This document shows, piece by piece, positions 1 to 8,200 of a DNA stretch of 64,000 nucleotides. Every line of letters starts with the position of its first letter. Positions within the stretch are counted from its first letter, which is position 1. The DNA lies in assembly GCA_041740355.1 (NCBI GenBank), contig JBGSMD010000013.1:1-64000 (forward strand), in the 5' to 3' direction. The stretch comes from Bdellovibrionota bacterium (GTDB lineage Bacteria; Bdellovibrionota_C; UBA2361; CALJRW01). The position numbers were made by a program, and so were the translations under genes. The notes beneath the pieces were generated by a model. It saw only the letters and a program-made list of their open reading frames with translations. It was not told the origin of the DNA and searched no databases.

Positions 1-141
1 CTAGTATCACTAACTGGATAGAGAATTTCTACAATCCAAAGAGAATGCATTCTTCTCTAGGGTATTGTAGTCCTGATGAATTTGAAGAAATTCACAAGGA
101 AAGTTTATAGGGATTGGTGTCCAAGATTTTGGCGAAGCTCA
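1..141 (+). mobile_element. IS3-family insertion sequence, right end
   Basis: Transposase tail followed by a terminal IR. Read inward from 141 it is TGAGCTTCGCCAAAATCTTGGACAC, an IS3-type TG...GGACAC end. Confidence 0.85.
3..110 (+). CDS. IS3-family transposase OrfB, C-terminal end (truncated by window edge)
   Basis: Frame 3 reads SITNWIENFYNPKRMHSSLGYCSPDEFEEIHKESL*, matching the IS3 integrase C-terminal motif (W/Y)IExFYNxxRxHSxLGYxSP. Not in the ORF track. Confidence 0.9.
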   Translation, partial: SITNWIENFYNPKRMHSSLGYCSPDEFEEIHKESL

Positions 142-261
142 CATTCTAGTTTTCTTTACTACTTCCGATTCTATTAATTCAACTACTGTGTAGCTTGTTC
201 GGTGAACATCAATACCTACAAATACTTCTCCTGCGTACTGCTGATTCTTTAATGTTGACAT
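142..261 (-). pseudogene. IS110/IS1111-family transposase N-terminus, interrupted by the IS3 element
   Basis: AGGAG-N6-ATG, then MSTLKNQQYAGEVFVGIDVHRTSYTVVELIESEVVKKTRM, followed immediately by the IS3 end (TGA). FVGIDVH is the first catalytic-Asp motif of the IS110 DEDD RuvC domain. Confidence 0.85.
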
Positions 262-340
262 GGCAGACTCCTAAACTTAAATTAATTTCCAGATAATACA
301 GGAATTTAATCTATTTTTGTTTAAGTTCTCTACATAGCAA
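262..340 (-). mobile_element. IS110/IS1111 left non-coding end (copy 1)
   Basis: 79-bp segment upstream of the transposase ATG, beginning TTGCTATGTAGAGAAC on the minus strand. Near-identical to 1651-1729. Confidence 0.75.
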
Positions 341-353
341 CTCTAGATGAAAC

Positions 354-818
354 TCACGGTTGAATTATTAGTTTATAGTGATTATCACTTGTAGCTCTAA
401 ACTGACCAGTAGATAAATTTCCATTATCTAAATACCTGTCTAATATCGTCATATATTTTAAATCAATTGTTGGATCTTGTATGCTAATACCTGCGGGGGT
501 ATGAGCTGGCTCGCCATCCCAGTTGTATTGACCACCAATTGGTGTTTCTCCTGAAAACAAATCACTTGATATCAGACCCTGCATTCCAGGTGGAACAACA
601 CCAGCCGTTGTATCTGCTGGGAGTGTATCATTATCAGTTAAGTAGGCATAAAAAGCCGTACGCAAATCCATTAGCTCTGACGCGGCAGCAGATAATTGTG
701 CACGAATTCGATATTCTCTAAATTGGGATACGGAAAGTGAAGCCAAAATTCCAATTATGGCAACTGTGACAAGTAATTCTACTAGCGTGAAGCCTCTACT
801 GTGTTTTAAATTTTTCAT
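354..818 (-). CDS. Type IV pilin / prepilin-type N-terminal methylation protein
   Basis: MKNLKHSRG|FTLVELLVTVAIIGILA is a class III signal with G-1, F1 and E5. Confidence 0.92.
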   Translation of the reverse strand: MKNLKHSRGFTLVELLVTVAIIGILASLSVSQFREYRIRAQLSAAASELMDLRTAFYAYLTDNDTLPADTTAGVVPPGMQGLISSDLFSGETPIGGQYNWDGEPAHTPAGISIQDPTIDLKYMTILDRYLDNGNLSTGQFRATSDNHYKLIIQP

Positions 819-1345
819 AGAAAAAATCTAATAAGTTATTCTCAAAACCTAGTTTTTTGCAGGTCTCAAGTTCAGTTACTTTTTAGTTAATTAGTTTACT
901 AACGGCGAGATTGTAAGTAAACCTAAATAAAAGATAAAGGGTTAAATTTCCTAACTTCCACGCTCCTCCAGAACTTAAATCACTCACCCAAAGTTTTTCT
1001 TGGGATCATAATCAAGATTGAATCTGAATCTCGAGCCACGGTAAAATATTTCACAACTTATTGTTTCTTTTATCGAATAACTATTCCACTGATTAAATTT
1101 CGATAAATGGACCCAACTAATAACACAGAGCTTCCTGCAGCTCCTGAATTTAAGGCTAAGTGTGGAAGATTGAGAAGATCAATTTTTCATAATAATTTCT
1201 ATATGCTAACTACCAGTATAGAGAGTGGCATAATGCTTCCAGCTAATCCCCTATGTAATAACTTCTGCACTACTGAAAGCGCAGATGCACCACCAAGTAC
1301 AAATAAGCAATTTTTTTGTAAATGGCAGCTATATTCACTTTAAAA

Positions 1346-1388
1346 CTAGAGCCACCCACACAGCCATTGACTTAAGGCATTAGAAGTT
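1346..1388 (+). repeat. Short repeat family CTAGAGCCACCCACACAGCCATTGACTTAAGG, copy A
   Basis: Matches the reverse complements of 4232-4263 and 4415-4457. Confidence 0.85.
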
Positions 1389-1399
1389 AATTTTGTGCT

Positions 1400-1729
1400 T
1401 TGCTATGTGATGATAAATCTTAGGATCCCGTTCCCGTTCTCTTTTACACTTGTGGTGTCGTTTGGAATAAAAAACTGACTATAAGGAAAGGTAGACTGAT
1501 TCTACACAATTCACGGAGGTAGGGATTTTAAAAGATAGGAAATCATAAAATCTTTCCCTCTATTTATTACCCAGAATCTGTCTGAATTTCCTGATATTTA
1601 CAAATAATCGAGTGAAAAGAAGTAAATCTTATTCTCGCTAGAGTTGATATGGCAGACTCCTAAACTTAAATTATTTTCCAGATAATAAAGGAATTTAATC
1701 CAACTTTGTTTACGTTCTCTACATAGCAA
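1400..1729 (-). mobile_element. Non-autonomous, internally deleted IS110/IS1111-type element
   Basis: Bounded by a 9-bp IR (TTGCTATGT 1400-1408 / ACATAGCAA 1721-1729), with CT on both outer sides. Contains the same left end as 262-340, a dead start codon (ATA at 1650) fused in frame to LARIRF...CKYQEIQTDSG* (stop 1567-1569), and 167 nt of non-coding right end. Confidence 0.75.
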
Positions 1730-1878
1730 CTCCAGATTTAAAAAAGCTATGAACTCCATGTTGTTTGAGCCGCCATCCCCATCCCTTAGCATTTGGTTAA
1801 GCAATTTTAGTGATTTATTCTAACCCCTAAACTTTTCGTTAGACTTAGGTGGGGTGCTGCTCAACTTAGGCGTTAACA

Positions 1879-2922
1879 TTAACTAAACGTTTTCTCTCTG
1901 GAAATATTGACTAAAATATTCAAACCACTAGCTATGGCAGCTTTAATTCGATGATGATCGAGCATGTATGGTTTTCCAGATATGCCCTGATCATTAATAT
2001 ATGGTGTTTCAATAAGCACGCCAGATTGTCTTAAACTGTCACAATCAATGGTAGCTAGTTCTGATCCAGTAGATTCTCGATGTACAGTTTTTAATGACTC
2101 AAATAACGCTCGATATTTATTTGCAAAGCCACCAAAACCTCCCTCCTGAATGGACTCAGACTCGTAAGGATCGTTGAAAAGATGACTAACTGCTCTTGGA
2201 GTAACTTTGGCGACTACTTCACCCTTAGAATTTATAGATGGTTGAATGGCACCAAGGGTTTTAATAGCTAACCAACCAATTCTAATTGTGGAAAGCGGAT
2301 TGCTTAAATAACTTTTAAGATTATTAGAAAATGATTTGGTTGCTTCTGAATTAGACTGTTTGCTTTCGAATGGATTATAGTCTTGATTTTTCTCTGGTAA
2401 AACAAACTCACAATTCAAGGAACTTACTCTAATCCTTGCCCCTGGTTTCAATATAACTCCGAAGTCCTGATGACGCTCCCCTAAGTGAAAATTCTTAATT
2501 GCGGAAGACTGCCAATCTGACTGACTATGTTCCTGATATTCAAGTACTGGACAAATAAGTCCACTAGCATGAGATTCATATTTATGTTCAAAAGACCTAG
2601 TTACTTGGAAAGATTGACCAGCTAAGGACCTTACTATAATTTCAAGATTAAGATCATTTTTACTTTTAGGAATTTCTATATCACTTGTTTCTTTTCTTGT
2701 GCCTATTTTTACACTATTTAATAATTTTAGATTAGCTAATTTATCTTCAATTCTAGTAGATAATAATTCATTTTTGGTAGTTTTATCCTTAAATGTTGTA
2801 TTAAGATCTGCACCAAAACCATCAGAAACGCTAATTTCAGAGAAACTTTCTTCGCTGATCGTTATTGCTCTATTTACCTTTATACACTTTGTCGGATCCA
2901 TAAATATATTGATAGACTTCAT
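1879..2922 (-). CDS. Hypothetical protein (347 aa)
   Basis: Long ORF in an AT-rich genome. No family recognised. Confidence 0.7.
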   Translation of the reverse strand: MKSINIFMDPTKCIKVNRAITISEESFSEISVSDGFGADLNTTFKDKTTKNELLSTRIEDKLANLKLLNSVKIGTRKETSDIEIPKSKNDLNLEIIVRSLAGQSFQVTRSFEHKYESHASGLICPVLEYQEHSQSDWQSSAIKNFHLGERHQDFGVILKPGARIRVSSLNCEFVLPEKNQDYNPFESKQSNSEATKSFSNNLKSYLSNPLSTIRIGWLAIKTLGAIQPSINSKGEVVAKVTPRAVSHLFNDPYESESIQEGGFGGFANKYRALFESLKTVHRESTGSELATIDCDSLRQSGVLIETPYINDQGISGKPYMLDHHRIKAAIASGLNILVNISREKTFS

Positions 2923-3292
2923 ATGCTTATCTGAATTAATGGATATGCTGACTCACTATGAATGAACTTTAAAGTAGCGACTATCTTTGCCATATTGATC
3001 TTCGCCAGTTTTCTGGACAGTAATCCCTAATAAAAGACTAAGTTTGCCACCATATTTTCAAGTTCGTAACAAACTTGTGCGTGCTACTGCGATGCCACTT
3101 TATCCTGGGGCTTATTTAGTAGATGGAGTAGTAGTAACAGTTTTAGGTTCAGCGTTAATAATTTACATAGTATTTGGAGGGGAAATTCGCTTCATGCGGT
3201 AAACGGAGTTATTACTAAAGTCACCTAAATCTTGGATCTTAAACACCTTATTTTTATAAAAGCACTGTACTGATTTTCCTAAAGACCACCCC

Positions 3293-3318
3293 TGTTTAAG
3301 TTCTCTACATAGCAACTC
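3293..3318 (-). repeat. Fragment of the IS110/IS1111 left end (copy 3)
   Basis: 26 bp (TGTTTAAGTTCTCTACATAGCAACTC) identical to 318-343. Confidence 0.8.
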
Positions 3319-3547
3319 AAGTTAAAATAGGGATGTTTGCTCCAAGGATGCCAGTGCAGGGGAATTTAATTTTTTGTTAGAAGTTTATTATCAGCTTTAT
3401 CTAGTCTGGGACTGGGGCACGTTCGTGCTGCCTGAGATTTAGATTGCACATTAATAACCATTTCTGTTGAATAAGAATGACCATAGCTTTTTATCACTTT
3501 TATGATTAATTTTCATTCAATCAATTGTGGGGTGGCTCAACACTAAA

Positions 3548-4111
3548 TTAATTGTATCCAGTGCTATTACAAATTGCCTGCAACTCAGATCGGGTATTAT
3601 TTGCGGTCTTGTATATAGCGTTGTTTGAATTGGTAGAATTATAAAAATACGTTCTAATAAATTTATCGTGATATTCGACTCCATATTCTGAACCAGAAAC
3701 TGTTACTTCACTTCCGTCACAATGACCAATATTGTTAATTTGGAATTGACCTCTATAGCTAGGTGTTCCATAAAGTTTCCCGGTAAACATTATTTGTCCG
3801 CGCAAGCCCCTTGGAATTGTTAATCCTGGAAGTGTAATATCATGCCCATATTTATCTGCGGTCCCGTCAGCATTTATTAATAACTGCATTTGATCAAAAT
3901 TCAATTCAATATCATCAGCTTTGTATGCTTCCACTGCAGTAATTATATTTTTAACAACACTATAAGCAATAAGATCATTGGCACGTCCTCGATATTCTGA
4001 AAAACTTAGAACACTGACAGCCGCTAATATTCCAACAATAGCAACGGTAACGAGTAATTCAACTAGACTAAATCCAGAGTTTAGATTGAGTGCACTATAA
4101 TGATCTTGCAT
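3548..4111 (-). CDS. Type IV pilin-like protein
   Basis: LNLNSG|FSLVELLVTVAIVGILA, with two C-terminal Cys. ATG at 4111 (MQDHYS) preferred over the TTG at 4147. Confidence 0.9.
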   Translation of the reverse strand: MQDHYSALNLNSGFSLVELLVTVAIVGILAAVSVLSFSEYRGRANDLIAYSVVKNIITAVEAYKADDIELNFDQMQLLINADGTADKYGHDITLPGLTIPRGLRGQIMFTGKLYGTPSYRGQFQINNIGHCDGSEVTVSGSEYGVEYHDKFIRTYFYNSTNSNNAIYKTANNTRSELQAICNSTGYN

Positions 4112-4218
4112 TATTATAAAAATAACATTTCTGTTTCTTAAGCTCAATGATATATTTTAGAAATGCTCTGTTTCTCATCTTTGATCTTAATCTTGTGTCG
4201 TCTAACTTTTGATCTTGT

Positions 4219-4263
4219 GCCACCCACACAGCCTTAAGTCAATGGCTGTGTGGGTGGCGCTAG
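4219..4263. repeat. Short repeat family copy B, perfect hairpin
   Basis: GCCACCCACACAGCC-ttaagtcaat-GGCTGTGTGGGTGGC, a 15-bp stem with a 10-nt loop. Confidence 0.9.
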
Positions 4264-4414
4264 ATTAAACGTTAAGTAGTAATCCAAGCGATTAAAAAAT
4301 AATGTTGTAAGTTGGATCTTTGGATCATGTGTCACACAACTTTGAAATGAGTCCACTGTAATCTCCTAATGTCAGCATGTGGAAAATATGAACTTGCTTG
4401 GGAATAATTTCCAC

Positions 4415-4457
4415 AACTTCTAACTCCTTAAGTCAATGGCTGAGATGGTGGCTCTAG
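4415..4457 (-). repeat. Short repeat family copy C
   Basis: Minus strand CTAGAGCCACCATCTCAGCCATTGACTTAAGGAGTTAGAAGTT, homologous to 1346-1388. Confidence 0.85.
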
Positions 4458-4468
4458 ATTAAAATTAA

Positions 4469-5251
4469 TTATTGAAAAAGTCTTCCTAAGCTGCGAGGAA
4501 GTTGATGGCGATCTTGTTGGGCATCACCTGTCGCTAGATTAAGGGCAATTAGCTTTTGATAGATTTTATCCAAAAGCCGATGTTCTTGACCTTTCAAGCT
4601 GGACATGAAATTTGTTGAATTACTAAATCTGACATGTTCTTCTGGAAAGCATTGCAGATAGATCATGTAAACAGATCTATTTCTGTAAATATTAAAATCT
4701 TTATTATCAAATGAACGAACATGCTCAAAGTTATTAAATAATCTCAGAGTAGACTGGATAGTTGAGCGATAGAAAGTAGCAGTAGCAGAGTGACCAGCTG
4801 GAATTACCGCTTGGGCAAAGATCGTGTTTCGCGTTAGTAAATCTTGTACTGTTGTGACTGGCGCCAGTTGGTTGTTAGCGGGTGTAGTCGAAACAGGTAC
4901 TTTTGGTAACGCGCTACTAGCTAGAAGATCTGTTGCAGGTGGTGTCGTTGGTTTTGCAGGAACTGGGGGAATTTCTGTTTTCGGTATGCTTGAAGCTGTG
5001 GAAGAAACTGGTGGTAGAGCATCTGCAGGTCTGGTTTCATGGGGTGCTGGAAGTGATGCCGGTGGTAATTTTGAAGAATTGATTCCTGGAACGAATGGTG
5101 GAGTCTTTGTCGGTTTATTAGCATGCTTTGATCGTTCATCTGCCGCTCTGGATGGTTTTGTTGAAGTATTTTTTGCAGGTGTTTCAGCGACAGCGGAACT
5201 ACCGCCACCTCGGACATTTCTATTTGATGTATGGGCGTGACTTTGACACAT
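4469..5251 (-). CDS. Hypothetical protein with Pro/Ser/Thr-rich low-complexity N-terminal half
   Basis: 260-aa ORF with an AGGAG SD before the ATG, 26 bp downstream of the 1445-aa gene. Confidence 0.7.
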   Translation of the reverse strand: MCQSHAHTSNRNVRGGGSSAVAETPAKNTSTKPSRAADERSKHANKPTKTPPFVPGINSSKLPPASLPAPHETRPADALPPVSSTASSIPKTEIPPVPAKPTTPPATDLLASSALPKVPVSTTPANNQLAPVTTVQDLLTRNTIFAQAVIPAGHSATATFYRSTIQSTLRLFNNFEHVRSFDNKDFNIYRNRSVYMIYLQCFPEEHVRFSNSTNFMSSLKGQEHRLLDKIYQKLIALNLATGDAQQDRHQLPRSLGRLFQ

Positions 5252-5277
5252 AATCTACTCCTTAGAATAAATACAAA

Positions 5278-8200
5278 TTACAGATTTAGAAGTAATTCCC
5301 GCTCTCTCTTGTAGCTAGGATCTTGTAGAGCCTGCTGGCTGAGAATTCTAGCCTTATTCCGATATGAGTCAAGTAATATTTCAGTAGCTTTTACTATTCC
5401 CACAGAGTCTGATTGGTCTCTTTCTGCTTCTTCTACACAGTTAAACCAAGCATCCGTACAAGGTTGAATCGCTTCTTGATAATGTTTTTCTGCACTACCT
5501 GATTTTGGTCTTGTTTCTCTGGTCCATAACCAGTCCGTTTTTAAAACATCTTCTAAACCATGAGCTTCTAGAGTTGCTTGCCAGTCACGTTTAAATGGCT
5601 CACATAGCTCTTGAAAAATCCCTTTTCCGGCGTGACCTTGCACCAGAATAGTTGAGATTAATTGATAGTTGGCAATGTCCTTTGTTGATCTTCGCCCTAG
5701 GATATCTGTTCGTCCAGATATGGAAGAATCGACAAAGAGCATTGGATTTAAGCGAGCTCCAGCATCGTAAGTCATTATTCTAAACCCAACATCGTTATCA
5801 TGGGCATTTGTTTTAAAGGAGTCTGCTGAATAACGTACCCCTAAGTCAGATGATAAGATTGTAAATGATCCAAGAAAGGCAGCATCTTCCAAAGGTAATC
5901 GACCCGGTGCGGTGATTTGTATTTCTGGGTACTCCAGATCGAGCAAACCTTCGCTGTTTAAAAAATAGATAATTAGTTCTAGTTCTTCGGCTGTTGCCAT
6001 TGGCTTTATTATTAGGGAAGTTCCTGCATGAATCAAGCGAAAGCTTGATTGGTCTAAGTTTAGCTTTTGAATATAAATATCAAGTTGTTGTTCATCTACA
6101 GGATTTAAAAAATGTATTTTTGCTCCAACAGAGTGAAGACCAAAGGATTCACGCCGGTATCCAATAATTTGATCTTTAAATTCGGCAATTAGTTCAGGTG
6201 TAAAAGTTTCCTCAGCGAGTGGTAAAAGGTCTGTTAACTGCATTAAACCCTCCACAAAATTTAGATTGCTATTTGGTCCAACAGGTCGCAGGCTTGTTTC
6301 CCTAAGTAACTCAAGTTGATCAATTATTGCTTGAGAAGTAACTGCTGCCCCCCAAGTGAAGAGTAATCTTTGGTTTGTAGAGTGTAGTTCTCTTTCCAAC
6401 ATGCTGCATGCAGTGGTTAATGTTTGCTGTCCACTAATAATTTGTGTCGCCACGTCCAGTCTTTTACTGATGGAGATATTTGGGAAAGATTTAGCATAAA
6501 AAATAATCTTTTCTTCCACAGCAGTGCGACTGATAATTGGATATTCAAGGGGAATATTTGCGAATTCTCCGATTGTACATTTTGCTTCTGCCTGCATTTG
6601 GGGTTCTCTCCCTGTGTATCTTGATACAGTTAGTAGGTTAAAGAACTGGATAACTTTGGTTTGTGAGCTGCGAAAAGCATCCTGTGCAGTATTTAAAGTT
6701 CTTTGAAATTCGACAAGTTGTTCTAGGTTTTCAACTGCAAGAAAGTTCTCTCTGATTCTTTCTTTAACAAAGATTCCATCTTTAATCATGTGAAAAATGT
6801 TTGCAGAAATAATTGCTCTGGAATTTGAGGTTGATTCAACTTCATCATAGTCACAATAATGTTCAAGCTTGCCTGCTAGGATATTTTGTCTTTCTTTAGG
6901 ATGAAAATCTTGCTGAAGTAGAATGTCTTTAAGTTCTAAGTGAACTTTTGAACACGCTTCCTCTCGTGTAATAATTCCAAGTCCCAAAAGCGAGGAGTGA
7001 AGTGAGCAAGCTTGAAAGAAGTCTTGCAGATGTCGCAAGCGATGTTGTCTTAATTTTGTATTAGCAGTGTTAATATCCCTTCGAATTGATTCTCTTAGAG
7101 ATTCATCTGGATCTTCTTCAAAATGTCTACGTTGTTCTGGCTCCATGTAGTAATCAAAGGTTTGTCTATTCTCATAGTCAACATCACGTTTAATGTCTTG
7201 ATAACGAGTTTCTTCTCCTAACTTTTCCAGACGTGTCCAGTAATCCTGAACTGAACTGGCATCTTGACTGGCTGGTTGTTCGCCACTCAAGAATACTCGC
7301 ACATCTTTGCGACGCTTGTTCTTATCTGCTTCTGCCAAATTTTTACGCAAGCTAAAAGTATGCTCCTGTAAGCAATACATTTCATTTTCCCAAGCACGAT
7401 CTCTTTTAGATTCGAGGTGGCTTTTATAAGAATGCACTTCTGTAATTGTCTTAACTAATTCATCGGAAATATCTGCAATTAGCCAATTACAGATTTTGGA
7501 AAGATCGTGAGCTGAGATTAATTTAAAATTGTAAAGATCAAGGAGGGTGGTAATCACAGCGTATTTGCCAATACGAGCTTCTTGATTGTTTAAGTGATTT
7601 CGTTCTATTTCATCTTCTTCAATTGCAAAACTAAACTTAATACTTTCTAACGGGGTTTCTTTAAATTTAGATAGAAACGTTAAAAAGCCAACCGGTGGAG
7701 CCAGAGGATCGGGAAGTTTATTGGCAATAAATATAAAATAAATTCGAGCTAATTCATCTTTCATTTTGATAATCCTCTCTGGATCATCTTCTTCCGGGTA
7801 AGTACACTCAATATTTAGCTGATTATTGAATCGGCAAAGATAACGAAGGGGAGCCGTGGCACTTAATATTTTATCCGGATGAGCTAATATCTGGGAGGTG
7901 TTTGCCGAGCCAATATTTCTAATTTCTGTAATTAGTTGTACTGCGCCGGCTGGTCTGCCCGGAATTAATAGTGGAAGTTCTTGACGAGTCTTATGATCAA
8001 TAAGAAGTGGAGCTAGTTCTGAAATAGCCTTAGCTTTTATAGTTTGAGCATCTATTCTGTTTTCAGTTAAGTAAGCTTCTCCGAAGCGAGCAAGAAGCAT
8101 CTGGACAATTCCCGGTTTTTTGAAATTTACTAAATCTCCTTCTAACATGCTGTGAATTATTGAGGAGGGGTGACGCGAAGAAAGATAAGTTAAGAATTCA

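Noticed and set aside
1107-1343. 78-aa ORF
   Set aside because: No SD or recognisable motif. It may be a decayed gene fragment, but the strand cannot be determined.
1598-1804. 68-aa ORF from the track
   Set aside because: It reads through the non-coding left end of the IS110-type element.
1800-1878. attC-like start TAACGCCTAAGTTGAGC...GTTAGAA after the 347-aa gene (possible integron array)
   Set aside because: The inner arms do not pair as L''/L' boxes, the other genes lack equivalent sites, and there is no integron integrase in the window.
2962-3201. Possible frameshifted small gene (MNFKVATIFAILIFA... / ...MPLYPGAYLVDG...)
   Set aside because: Too short and unrecognisable to support.
354-4111. 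Silent pilin cassettes for gene-conversion antigenic variation
   Set aside because: Both pilins have intact leaders and starts, and their shared 5' regions differ at many synonymous sites.
255-4460. Repeats interpreted as a CRISPR array
   Set aside because: Spacing is irregular and kb-scale with no cas genes. IS ends and palindromic elements explain them.
4824-5240. 138-aa Gly-rich plus-strand ORF
   Set aside because: Antisense shadow of the Pro-rich gene, which has the SD.
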